From an uncultured Thermoplasmatales archaeon (GTDB lineage: Archaea > Thermoplasmatota > Thermoplasmata > Thermoplasmatales > GCA-001856825): a DNA stretch of 57,338 bases. The position numbers and the translations under genes are program-made. Every line of letters begins with the position of its first letter. Position 1 is the first letter of the stretch. Where the stretch lies: positions 1-57,338 of the forward strand of contig CAZIOW010000003.1 in the NCBI GenBank assembly GCA_964541025.1, given 5' to 3'. Under the pieces are notes generated by a model. The model did not search any database. It was not told where the DNA came from and saw nothing but the letters and a program-made list of their open reading frames with translations. Below, piece after piece: positions 1 through 9,488 of the stretch.

Positions 1-98
1 TGCTTCTCAATCAAATGTATCATAGACCAAAGAGGCAGATAATGGATGTTATTGTATGACGGAATATGGGACACCCTAGATAATAAGAAAAAAGCCGA

Positions 99-455
99 TT
101 AAAGGTGAGCCATTACATATTCTTTTAATGCAACTGCATTGTTGAAATCCTTTTCTTTGGACGAATATAAAAATACAACATCTCTTTCTCTCCTGCATAT
201 ATCTATTAATTCTTGAACAGAGGAATTTCCATCTAATTCCTTGAAATATCTTATTTTGAAATCATTCCATTTAGATGGTTCGTGGGAAAACCATTTCCTC
301 AGTTCATTCGATGGGGCCACTTCTTTCATCCAACTATCTAATTTTAGTTTATCTTTTGTGACCCCTCTTGGCCAGAGACGATCTACCAGAACTCTGTAAC
401 CTTCCCGAGGGGATGTTTCATCATACACCCTGATTAATGTTATCACGTTCAACAT
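99..455 (-). CDS. DUF488 family protein
   Basis: 118-aa ORF. The motifs 'YRVLVDRLWPRGVTK' and 'APSNELRKWF' are typical of DUF488/YeaO-like proteins. Confidence 0.75.
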   Translation of the reverse strand: MLNVITLIRVYDETSPREGYRVLVDRLWPRGVTKDKLKLDSWMKEVAPSNELRKWFSHEPSKWNDFKIRYFKELDGNSSVQELIDICRRERDVVFLYSSKEKDFNNAVALKEYVMAHL

Positions 456-712
456 ATACCAATAGTGATTATTTAATCATTCTCCAATTTTAACACTTTT
501 TAATTTAGGATTCCAGATTGATAAGTCTATTGGGTTTCATAGATATAGTAAGCATTTTTTTAAGTAAATGACTCAGGTAAAATACATCTTATAATTGGGG
601 CAAAGGGATAGGATGGATACGAAAAGAAGATTAAGTGAAACCTCCATACAAAAATGGAGTCGGTTATTTCATAAAAATGCAATATAAATGAGTTATTTTG
701 AATTTACAACAA

Positions 713-1153
713 TTAATCTTTAATACTATCAATACAATATTTACATTTCCATTGATTTAAAACATCCTTTCCATCTAATAAGCTTTCATCCAACGAGCTA
801 TAATAATCATAGACAAATGATTCCTCGAATCCATTGTGTTCAATGAGTAAATTCAGAAGTGATTGTGTTGTGTTAATCTTTGTATTAATATCAATGATTC
901 TATCCTTGAGTTGCTTTAAAAGGCTAAATATTTTAGAATGTTCAATTTCTAAATAGGTTATATTATCATAATTGGCCTTATCCAGTAGAGGGAACAAAAT
1001 TCTTTCTTCTACAAAAGTGTGCCAACTTAATCTATCACCAATTTTAGCCAAGAGATCAGTATCAAATATGTTCTCTTTGAGTAATTTAATAAAATTTTCT
1101 ATAATTTCATTAATTTCCCTGTGATCTTCCGTCATCTTGAATGCAATATCCAC
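713..1153 (-). CDS. hemerythrin-like (HHE cation-binding) domain protein
   Basis: 146-aa helical ORF with spaced His/Glu ligand-like residues ('EDHREI', 'WHTFVEERILFP', 'EIEHSKI', 'LIEHNGFEE'). Confidence 0.55.
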   Translation of the reverse strand: MDIAFKMTEDHREINEIIENFIKLLKENIFDTDLLAKIGDRLSWHTFVEERILFPLLDKANYDNITYLEIEHSKIFSLLKQLKDRIIDINTKINTTQSLLNLLIEHNGFEESFVYDYYSSLDESLLDGKDVLNQWKCKYCIDSIKD

Positions 1154-1665
1154 ATGTCAATACAGAAATCTTAATTTAAAATTTATTTTGTAGTGAAATT
1201 CTTAACCCGTAATTTATTTTTCTGAAAATTAGGGATAAGTGAGGAAAATGTTGATAAAGAAATCTGGGTCTATACATTTGAATGATTGAATGATTTATCA
1301 AGGGGGGGGTTGACGTTTTATATTGACAGGTCAAATGTGTATCATTATAGATCTATACTTGTTTAAGCCACATTTGGAGAATTTTTAGCGTAATAAAGCT
1401 GAAAAGGGAACTCAATCCATTAGAATTAAGAACGTAAGGGAAAAAGTATATGATACAAGATTTGATAAGCAAAGGCGAATAAATATTAATAAGCAGATGT
1501 TTGAATGTGTTATCGAAGTCAAATTAAATGCTGCGTTTTCTTAATTAAGAAGTTGAGTCATCATTAAATGAAAATGGGCCTAAAGAATTTAAATAAGAGA
1601 GGAAATGAGAATACGCAGACATAAAATGAGTGAAAAATTTATAAGTAATCGAAAAATCACAAATT

Positions 1666-2007
1666 ATGGCATATAAAAGAATAAGCATATCTACGAAAAT
1701 TTTTGAAAAGAGCAATCATTTCATAACATGGATCAACCAGAGACCAGTGCTGATCACCAAATACGAAGGGAAATATTACGGAATGGATGCGGTATGCGGG
1801 CATATGGGTTGTGCACTTCTTGATATTGTCTCAGGTAATGTTGCTGAATGCCCTGCTCATGGAGCTAAGTATGATGTAACTAACGGAAACAGGATAGCCG
1901 AACCAAGGATCAGACCTGAAAAGGGTTGTGAGTACGATAATATAAATAATCCTTTGAAAACTTATGCAATAAAGGAAAACGAAGGATTTCTAGAAATAGA
2001 TATATAA
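1666..2007 (+). CDS. Rieske [2Fe-2S] domain protein
   Basis: 113-aa ORF with the Rieske ligand pattern C-x-H-x15-C-x-x-H ('CGHMGCALLDIVSGNVAECPAH'). Confidence 0.8.
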   Translation: MAYKRISISTKIFEKSNHFITWINQRPVLITKYEGKYYGMDAVCGHMGCALLDIVSGNVAECPAHGAKYDVTNGNRIAEPRIRPEKGCEYDNINNPLKTYAIKENEGFLEIDI

Positions 2008-2200
2008 TTATTAACTATAATTAAGAATCCGATTTTGGGATACTATCGGGTTATATTTATTTCATTACTGTCAAATCTAATAAATTTAATTTTCAAGAGT
2101 CACTAAGGTTGGAATGCAAAAACTTTGTTTATGCAAAAATACTGATTCTCCCTATATCACAATTAGGCAGTACTATAAAAGCAGATACACGTTTTTGGTA

Positions 2201-2290
2201 TGCCGGGGACGGGAATCGAACCCGCGGCCTTCGGATTTCCCAGTTTTATTCCCTATGAGTCCGACGCTCTACCGACTAAGCCACCCCGGC
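2201..2290 (-). tRNA. tRNA-Met (anticodon CAU), elongator-type, with a 17-nt intron at 37/38. It could alternatively be the CAU tRNA-Ile2.
   Basis: Manual cloverleaf fold. Acceptor GCCGGGG/CCCCGGC plus discriminator A. D-arm GCTT-AGTCGGTA-GAGC. Anticodon stem TCGGA/TCCGA. Loop CTCATA..A. T-arm GCGGG-TTCGATT-CCCGT. Anticodon CAT at 2255-2257. Confidence 0.9.
2237..2253 (-). other. tRNA intron (GGGAATAAAACTGGGAA) at the canonical 37/38 position
   Basis: Removing these 17 nt restores a 7-nt anticodon loop. A 4-bp helix (C32-G52, U33-G51, C34-G50, A35-U49, pre-tRNA numbering) is flanked by 3-nt bulges UAG and AAA, which is bulge-helix-bulge-like. Confidence 0.75.
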
Positions 2291-2944
2291 ATCAGTCTGC
2301 TCTTCCTCATCTATTTCTGTTTCAGGCTGAGCCTGCATTTGCTTCTTAATATTTTTGATGATTTCCGATTTCCTGATCTCTATTTTCCTTGTGGGATATA
2401 TTGTCTTTATTTCTTCATAAATATCATTTGATATCTGCGGTGAAAACATGTAAACTATGAACTGATCTGATGGCAACGAGGCCGCTTTTGTTTTGACAAA
2501 TTCGTCCACTTTATTTCTCAATTTTGTCTCAATTCCGCTTATTATCTTTCTGTCAACAACCAAAAGTGGCTTTACTCTAAGATTGAAATTATCTGAGGTG
2601 GTTACATCCACAACAGAATCAATTCTTGTCTTTCTTCTCCTTATCATCCTTCTGATGTAGTCCTGATTAATCTCGTGCCCTTCAAATTCTGTAAAAGCTT
2701 TATCTCCTTCCACCTTAGTAATCCTGAACATCAATTTTACGTGGGATTGCTTGAAATCTCCTGTGACATCTGATAGGGAAACTTCAGAAATTCTCCCGAT
2801 CATATCTTCAGGAGACTGGGCAGGAGACGATCCTATCTCTTTCTTTCCAAATGAATCGTTAGCAAGTATAGTATACCAGGTCTTGGTCTTCCACTTGTCC
2901 TTGATCTTCTTCGCTGCTACCCTTGCGGACTTTTCCTTACTCAA
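2276..2944 (-). CDS. rps3ae: 30S ribosomal protein S3Ae (eS1)
   Basis: 222-aa ORF. The N-terminus 'KKIKDKWKTKTWYTILA...FGKKEIG' and the 'VKLMFRI...GHE' core are typical of S3Ae. The acidic C-terminal tail runs into the tRNA-Met gene. Confidence 0.9.
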   Translation of the reverse strand: MSKEKSARVAAKKIKDKWKTKTWYTILANDSFGKKEIGSSPAQSPEDMIGRISEVSLSDVTGDFKQSHVKLMFRITKVEGDKAFTEFEGHEINQDYIRRMIRRRKTRIDSVVDVTTSDNFNLRVKPLLVVDRKIISGIETKLRNKVDEFVKTKAASLPSDQFIVYMFSPQISNDIYEEIKTIYPTRKIEIRKSEIIKNIKKQMQAQPETEIDEEEQTDAGVA

Positions 2945-3053
2945 TCTATATCATCCCGTTGCACGTGAATATTTAAATTAATAAAAACTTTGTTAATCTA
3001 ACTATTGAAAAGATTGGCAAATAAAAATATAGTGAATGTAGATAGGGGTTTAA

Positions 3054-4628
3054 ATGGTGTTAGTAAGATTCAAAAAAGAAGTAATGAAGGAATATTCAGG
3101 ACTTGATGATAAGGATATTTTGGAAATTCCATGGTTGCTGGGTGGAGAAGCCAGGATAGAGGAAGATGCATTCATAATGGAATTCAACCCGGACAGACCA
3201 GATCTATATTCTATTCAGGGAGTAACAAGGGCCATCAGGCTATTCAAGGGGATTGAAGTATATAAAGATCCAAAGATAGTTGATTCAGAATTTGTCATAG
3301 AGAGCCGATCGCCATCTCAGAGACCATATTTTGAGGCAGGAATAATTAGGAATGTGGACGTAAAAAAATTGCTTCCAAATATAATAGATTTCCAGGAGAA
3401 GCTACACAAGACAATTGGAAGGGACAGAAAATTATCTGCAATAGGATTGCACGACCTTTCAAAGGTAAAGTTCCCTCTTAAATATATGGAAGTGGACAGA
3501 GATCATAGTTTCATTCCACTGGGCGAAGATAAGGAAACAACCTTAAGGGATTTCATGGAGAATAATGAGAAGGCAAAAGAATACGGAGACCTCGTTGGTG
3601 AAAGCATACCGGCAATAATTGATAGGGAAGGAAATATAATTTCTTTACCTCCAATATTGAATTCAAATATTACTGTAATAGATGAAAACACCAAGGATAT
3701 TTTCGTTGATGTAACAGGTACTTATGAAAACATAGTCTATAAAACGTTGATCCTTATATTATCTTCACTATCTTATCCAAATGGTACTATAGGCACTTTA
3801 ACCATAAACGGGAAAAAATCGCCTCAAATTAAGAATAAAATAACAAGAATACCTGAGAAAGAGCTGAAAAATATACTTGGCTATAAAATCCCGATGGAAG
3901 AAATAGAATCATCTCTCATCAGGTTGGGATATGGAATAGAGGGTAACGGGATCATAGTCCCGGAATACAGATTTGATATTTTGCATAACGTGGATATTGT
4001 AGAAGATATAATCAAGGGTATAGGATTTGACAAGGTTAAATTGAAGGATGAAGAATTTGTAACATATGGAAGGCCTAACAATTTAAGATATTTTGAAAAC
4101 AGGCTGAGATTCCTGATGATAGGATACGATATGTCTGAAGTTGTGAACAATGTACTCACAAATAAATCATTCAATAAAATATATGGTTTCGGGGATGATG
4201 CTATTGAAATTCTCAATCCCCTAAGCGGGGAGCAGGATTATATTAGGACAAGAATAGCACCATCTTTAATGCAATCTCTATTGAACAATTACAGAAACCC
4301 ATATCCTCAGAGAATATTTGAGATCGGTACCGTTCACAGGGAAGGCAAGGAGATAGAAAGCATGGGAATTGCAATTGCTCATAAGGAAGCTTCATTCTCT
4401 GAAATAAAGGGTATCTTTGTTGGAATCCTGGAAGATATGGATGTAAAACACTATGATATAGAAAAGTATTCTCTCCCAATGTTTGTGAATGGGAGGCTTG
4501 CAAAAATATTAGTAAATGGAAAAGAGAGTGGATTCTTCGGAGAGGTGAATCCCTTGATACTAAGGAACATAGGTCTCAAAATGCCAGTAGCATTGGGTGA
4601 AATTGATATTTCAGAGGTATTACTGTGA
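3054..4628 (+). CDS. pheT: phenylalanine--tRNA ligase beta subunit (archaeal type)
   Basis: 524-aa ORF with an archaeal PheRS-beta layout: B3/4-like N-terminus ('NPDRPDLYSIQGVTRA'), a B5 region and a C-terminal class II-like core ('RIFEIGTV'). Confidence 0.85.
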   Translation: MVLVRFKKEVMKEYSGLDDKDILEIPWLLGGEARIEEDAFIMEFNPDRPDLYSIQGVTRAIRLFKGIEVYKDPKIVDSEFVIESRSPSQRPYFEAGIIRNVDVKKLLPNIIDFQEKLHKTIGRDRKLSAIGLHDLSKVKFPLKYMEVDRDHSFIPLGEDKETTLRDFMENNEKAKEYGDLVGESIPAIIDREGNIISLPPILNSNITVIDENTKDIFVDVTGTYENIVYKTLILILSSLSYPNGTIGTLTINGKKSPQIKNKITRIPEKELKNILGYKIPMEEIESSLIRLGYGIEGNGIIVPEYRFDILHNVDIVEDIIKGIGFDKVKLKDEEFVTYGRPNNLRYFENRLRFLMIGYDMSEVVNNVLTNKSFNKIYGFGDDAIEILNPLSGEQDYIRTRIAPSLMQSLLNNYRNPYPQRIFEIGTVHREGKEIESMGIAIAHKEASFSEIKGIFVGILEDMDVKHYDIEKYSLPMFVNGRLAKILVNGKESGFFGEVNPLILRNIGLKMPVALGEIDISEVLL

Positions 4629-5569
4629 TACCAGATAAGATTCCACCTGTGCTAACATCCAAGGAGATTATTGAAAAGAGCTTCCGGAATACAAATAAGA
4701 TACAGGATATTTATAAGCCTGATTTTGTAGATAAGGTCAAGATAGTCTCAGTGCAGAAGATTCAGATAATGGAGGCTACCTCCAGGAGAATAATCAATAG
4801 AATTTACAAGGGATTCCCAAAAATAGAGGATCTTGATAATTTTGAAAAGGATATGCTTTACATACTTGTCAATGCAAGAGATTATGATAGGTCCCTTAAT
4901 AATCTAAAATGGTCAGCTAAAAAAATTTCTGAATTTGCAACAAATTCCATAAGGGGAATAAAGAAGGCAAGGGATGAAAAGGTCGTTGCAAGGTTCAGGT
5001 CTTCATTCTACGGAAGGTTTTCATCAGTTATTGAAAATCTTGATGAATCTTTGAGCATATTGAGAGATGCGAGAGAAAAGTTAAGAAAAATCCCCTTTAT
5101 AGATAAACAGGAAAAGGTCATAATCATAGCAGGTTTTCCAAACGTAGGAAAATCCATGCTCATATCAAGACTAACTAATTTAAGGCCAGAGATAGCTGAA
5201 TACCCATTCACTACGAAGGATATTAATGTAGGAATTCTTGTACACAATAATAGAAGATATCAGGTGATTGATGTTCCAGGCCTGCTGAACAGGAATAAAA
5301 TAAATCCCATTGAAAAGAAGGCGCTTGCTGCGATTGAAAATATAGGTGATCTCATCATCTATCTTTTCGACCCCACAGAGCAATGCGGCTTCAGCCTGAA
5401 GGAACAGGAAAACCTCTATCATGAATTGAAGGAGCAGGGGAAAAAGATAATCCCTGTTGACAACAAGGCAGATATAATTAAAATGGAAAACGATCATATC
5501 AAAATTTCAGCACTAACTGAAGAGGGTATTGAGGATCTGTTGAAGGTAATAGAGGTGGAAGCAAAATGA
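4625..5569 (+). CDS. Nog1-family GTP-binding protein
   Basis: 314-aa ORF. A Nog1-like N-terminal helical domain is followed by G motifs 'GFPNVGKS', 'YPFTT', 'DVPGLL' and 'NKAD'. The GTG start overlaps the pheT stop. Confidence 0.8.
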   Translation: MIPDKIPPVLTSKEIIEKSFRNTNKIQDIYKPDFVDKVKIVSVQKIQIMEATSRRIINRIYKGFPKIEDLDNFEKDMLYILVNARDYDRSLNNLKWSAKKISEFATNSIRGIKKARDEKVVARFRSSFYGRFSSVIENLDESLSILRDAREKLRKIPFIDKQEKVIIIAGFPNVGKSMLISRLTNLRPEIAEYPFTTKDINVGILVHNNRRYQVIDVPGLLNRNKINPIEKKALAAIENIGDLIIYLFDPTEQCGFSLKEQENLYHELKEQGKKIIPVDNKADIIKMENDHIKISALTEEGIEDLLKVIEVEAK

Positions 5570-7221
5570 AGGAAAAAATTAAGGCGCTGGCTGCTTACAA
5601 TGCCATGGAGCATGATGGAAAGGCTGATTTCAATTCAGTCATGTCTAAAGTCATAGCATATTTCCCTGAGGTCAAGAAGAATCTCAAGGCAATAATACCA
5701 CAAATAAGAGAAGCTATAGAGGAGGTTAACTCCATGACTTTGGATGAACAGAAGTCTCTTGTGTTAAAAGAATACCCGGAACTTCTTGAGAAAAAGAAGA
5801 AGGAAGGAGAGAGAAAGCTTCCTGATCTGCCAGACATTCCTGCTTCAGGGGTAGTGATGAGGATGGCACCATCGCCATCTGGTCCACTTCACATAGGGCA
5901 TGCAAGGATGGCCATTCTCAATGATGAATATGTCAAAAGATATGGTGGGAAATTAATACTAAGAATTGAGGACACCAATCCAGCAAATATAGATCCTAAT
6001 GCATACGATATGATAGCGGAAGACCTTAGATGGCTAGAAGTCAACGTCACAGATACAGTAATACAATCTGACAGGTTTGAACTTTACTACGATGTTATGG
6101 AAAGGCTTATACGAATGGGCAAGGCTTATGTAGCTATAAGTCCAACTGAGGAATTCAAATCAAAGAGGCAGAAGGGTCTCCCAATAAATGAGAGGGAAGA
6201 ATTACCTGAAATAAATCTTGAAAGATGGAAAATGATGCTCAACGGCGAAATAAAAAAAGGTGAGGGATATGCTGTCATAAAAACAGATCTTTCTCATCCA
6301 AATCCTGCAATAAGGGATTTCATAGCATTCAGGATACTGGAAATAGATCATCCTCTGAAGGGTAACAAATACAGGGTTTATCCGATGATGAATTTTTCAG
6401 TTGCAGTTGATGACCATTACCTTGGTCTTACCCATGTAATTCGAGGGAAAGATCATCTTGCAAATACAGAAAAACAAAAGTATATTTTCAATTACTTCAA
6501 CTGGAAAATGCCTTATTATATACATTACGGAAAGGTATCCATCGAGAATTCAATTCTAAAAACCTCAATAATAAAGAAAGGAATAAAATCAGGGGAATAT
6601 TCCGGATGGGATGACCCAAGACTTGGTACGCTCGTTGCACTGAAGAAGAGAGGTTTTAATCCCGGAGCAATAAGGCGCTACTGGATAGAGACTGGAATAG
6701 GGGATGTTGATATTCTATTCTCATGGGAGAATTTTTATGCATTCAACAGACAGATAATAGATAAATTCTCTCCAAGGCATTTCTTCGTGAAGGATCCAAT
6801 ACCTCTCAAATTCAAATACGAGGGAATTCTGAAATCAAGGATACCAGTATACCCAGGGAATGAACACACATCATACAGGGAATATGATGTGAGGGGAGGC
6901 GAAATATTCATAACAAAGGACGATTACGAAAAATTCATGGGAAAGGAGATAAGGCTGAAGGACCTTGGAAACTTTGTGATTAAGGAAAACGCAATAGAGT
7001 ATATTAACAACGATACCGATGCCATTAAGAATGGAATACCTATAATACATTGGTTACAGGATAAATTTGTGAATTTTGAGATTATTAAACCAGATGGACA
7101 GAAAGATAGCGGTTACCTGGAGTCACACGCACTAAACGAAACTGGTAAAGTCCACCAGCTAGAAAGATATGGATACGTCAATATCATAAATGAAAAAGAG
7201 GGAGTTTTCACGCATCCCTGA
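5566..7221 (+). CDS. gltX: glutamate--tRNA ligase (archaeal type)
   Basis: 551-aa ORF. Class I 'HIGH' motif ('PSGPLHIGHARMA') and 'LRIEDTNP'. The start is in an ATGA overlap with the upstream gene. Confidence 0.9.
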   Translation: MKEKIKALAAYNAMEHDGKADFNSVMSKVIAYFPEVKKNLKAIIPQIREAIEEVNSMTLDEQKSLVLKEYPELLEKKKKEGERKLPDLPDIPASGVVMRMAPSPSGPLHIGHARMAILNDEYVKRYGGKLILRIEDTNPANIDPNAYDMIAEDLRWLEVNVTDTVIQSDRFELYYDVMERLIRMGKAYVAISPTEEFKSKRQKGLPINEREELPEINLERWKMMLNGEIKKGEGYAVIKTDLSHPNPAIRDFIAFRILEIDHPLKGNKYRVYPMMNFSVAVDDHYLGLTHVIRGKDHLANTEKQKYIFNYFNWKMPYYIHYGKVSIENSILKTSIIKKGIKSGEYSGWDDPRLGTLVALKKRGFNPGAIRRYWIETGIGDVDILFSWENFYAFNRQIIDKFSPRHFFVKDPIPLKFKYEGILKSRIPVYPGNEHTSYREYDVRGGEIFITKDDYEKFMGKEIRLKDLGNFVIKENAIEYINNDTDAIKNGIPIIHWLQDKFVNFEIIKPDGQKDSGYLESHALNETGKVHQLERYGYVNIINEKEGVFTHP

Positions 7222-7223
7222 AT

Positions 7224-7478
7224 TTATTCTGTAGTAGAAACAGATACGAACGTTGGGAATCTTTTGAGAAGGATCACATCTCCTACTGCCCTGACCCATC
7301 TGTAGGGTACAAGAACAGGGACTCCATCTTCGACCAAACCACCCTCAGTCCTTTCAATGTATAATCCATATATGGTCTGAGTGTCAACATCCATCATTAC
7401 GTCATCTACGCTCCCAAGCCTGTATCCTTTATCGCTATAAACATCCAGTCCGATGAGATTTGTAACATCTGTTTCCAT
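7224..7478 (-). CDS. PRC-barrel domain protein
   Basis: 84-aa ORF with 'LIGLDVYSDKGYRLGSVDDVMMDVDTQTIYGLYI', typical of small archaeal PRC-barrel proteins. Confidence 0.7.
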   Translation of the reverse strand: METDVTNLIGLDVYSDKGYRLGSVDDVMMDVDTQTIYGLYIERTEGGLVEDGVPVLVPYRWVRAVGDVILLKRFPTFVSVSTTE

Positions 7479-7606
7479 AATTTATCCTTTTAAATATTTA
7501 GAGCGAGTATTTAATCCTTTATCTTTGAATTGCTTCCTGAAAAAATACTGTCAGAAATTCTGATACAAAATAAATTTCTAATCATTGCAGATAAGGGTAA
7601 GAAAAA

Positions 7607-8272
7607 ATGAGGAGACCGGCTGAACACGGGAATGTAGTTTCATCTATAGTACTGGGAGTAACAGCAGTTATTAATGGAACTCTTCTGGGAAAGAATATTT
7701 TCTCACTGATTTACTGGATTCCCATATGGACGGGTCTTTTCATCTTTGATGTGCCAGTATCACGATTGTTAAAAGATAGAGAGAACTTGGTACCGATTAT
7801 TATCATAGGATTTTCCGCCATAATCGCACTTCTTAAAAATGTATGGATATTACTGCCATACGCACTGTTTTTCACAGCTTATATAACAAGAATATTCCTT
7901 GTGAGAAAAAGGATGAATTTTCTTTCTGTCGCCTTGGGTATTCTTGGTTATGTTTTGCTATTCTCTCTTAGCTGGCTGACAGTAGGACGTGAATTTGTAA
8001 TTATATCAATAACTCTTTTCCTCTTCATGCTAGGTTCAGAATTTCTTGTGAGGTCTGTGATACAAAAGAGACCTTATCTTTCCCTTTACAATCTGGTGAC
8101 CGTACTCTTCGTTCTCATAAATCCATTATTTCTATTATATACTACCTCTTTGATTAGGATATTTGCAGGCTTGAAAATTAAAAAGATAAAAACAATAGGA
8201 ATCATTGAATCATTATTGTTGCTAATCACCGTAATGCTATTGGAAATGTTTATTGTTTATAAAATATTTTAA
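7607..8272 (+). CDS. integral membrane protein (possibly YwiC-like)
   Basis: 221-aa ORF with about 7 hydrophobic helices. The N-terminal 'RRPAEHGN' resembles the YwiC-like 'P.QHGAW' start. This is a weak assignment. Confidence 0.4.
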   Translation: MRRPAEHGNVVSSIVLGVTAVINGTLLGKNIFSLIYWIPIWTGLFIFDVPVSRLLKDRENLVPIIIIGFSAIIALLKNVWILLPYALFFTAYITRIFLVRKRMNFLSVALGILGYVLLFSLSWLTVGREFVIISITLFLFMLGSEFLVRSVIQKRPYLSLYNLVTVLFVLINPLFLLYTTSLIRIFAGLKIKKIKTIGIIESLLLLITVMLLEMFIVYKIF

Positions 8273-8286
8273 AATAATATAAAAAA

Positions 8287-8946
8287 TTATTTCTGGACTT
8301 TTTTCATTGCGAGGAACCAGTCCATTACCTTTAGAGAATTGTCCTTCATCCTCTCCTTTGCTTTTTCAACGGTTGAAGGCGACGGAACTATAACATCTTC
8401 ACCAGGTTTCCAGTTTGCAGGCGTAGCAATCATGAAAGAATCAACATATGTCAAGGAATCAAGTACTCTCAGGACCTCATCGATGTTTCTTCCGGTACTT
8501 GCTGGATAATATATCAGTGCCCTAACAATTCCATCAGGGTCTATGAAGAATACTGCTCTGACTGTACTCGTCGTGCTTGATTTCTCATGAATAAGGCCAT
8601 AGAGCTTTGAGACTTCCATGCTCAGGTCTGCAATTATGGGGAATTTTATCTCTACTCCTGTCATTTTTTCAATCTGCAGCGACCACGCGATGTGGGAATA
8701 GACAGAATCTATACTTAGTCCTATCAGTTGGGCATTTCTCTTTTCAAAATCAGGCAACCTCTTTGCAAACTCAATGAATTCAGTTGTACACACTGGGGTG
8801 AAATCCGCCGGGTGGGAAAAGAGGATTACCCATTTTCCCCTAAACTGTTTCAATGTTATTGTTCCCTGAGTACTAACTGCCTGAAAATCTGGTGCTTTTT
8901 CCCCAATTTTAGGTATAGAACCTACTGTTTCATCCATTTTAATCAC
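8287..8946 (-). CDS. peroxiredoxin (Prx6/1-Cys-like, archaeal type)
   Basis: 219-aa ORF with the active-site block 'WVILFSHPADFTPVCTTEF'. Confidence 0.9.
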   Translation of the reverse strand: MIKMDETVGSIPKIGEKAPDFQAVSTQGTITLKQFRGKWVILFSHPADFTPVCTTEFIEFAKRLPDFEKRNAQLIGLSIDSVYSHIAWSLQIEKMTGVEIKFPIIADLSMEVSKLYGLIHEKSSTTSTVRAVFFIDPDGIVRALIYYPASTGRNIDEVLRVLDSLTYVDSFMIATPANWKPGEDVIVPSPSTVEKAKERMKDNSLKVMDWFLAMKKVQK

Positions 8947-9005
8947 TGATGAGTAATGATTTAAGCGTATTTAATAATTTTTTATCCGTTCAAATCTAAA
9001 TTCAT

Positions 9006-9368
9006 CTATCTGCCAATTATTTTTTTAATAGGCTCTCTCTCGACCCTCATCTTTACCCGAAGCATATGGGACCTGGGAAATTCATAATCAATAACTGAGC
9101 TGATTGATGAGAACAATTCCTTTTCATTCAATATAACCTCTCTGTTGGTGTATCCGACTTCTTTCATCACATATTTATCATCTGATCTTTTGATTTCAAG
9201 CCACCTATCATTTTTATGATTTTCTATCCTGATCACATATCCCTCCTTCAAATTATGTATGTTCTTAATTATCCATCCATCTACATTCCTAACATTCATC
9301 AACCCCATTGGAAAATGAATTCCTGATGGTTTAAAAATTGAACGAATATATTTCTGCATCTCTGTCAA
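9006..9368 (-). CDS. hypothetical protein
   Basis: 120-aa ORF that fills an otherwise empty interval. No motif recognised. Confidence 0.4.
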   Translation of the reverse strand: MTEMQKYIRSIFKPSGIHFPMGLMNVRNVDGWIIKNIHNLKEGYVIRIENHKNDRWLEIKRSDDKYVMKEVGYTNREVILNEKELFSSISSVIDYEFPRSHMLRVKMRVEREPIKKIIGR

Positions 9369-9488
9369 ATATGCTCTTAAAATAATCTTTTGAAATTAAA
9401 TAGAAATCATTTATTTTTCAGGCAATGGCACACATTGTTTAGAAAATTGAATTCAAAAAATAAAATTTTAATAGGGAATCTAACGAAA

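Noticed and set aside
1541-1570. C-box-like ATGATGA on the minus strand, a candidate C/D box sRNA
   Set aside because: No CTGA D box and no C'/D' pair was found at a suitable distance downstream. A single heptamer is expected by chance in AT-rich DNA.
2114-2431. 105-aa plus-strand ORF
   Set aside because: It runs through the antisense of tRNA-Met and the S3Ae 3' end. The region is already explained by those two features.
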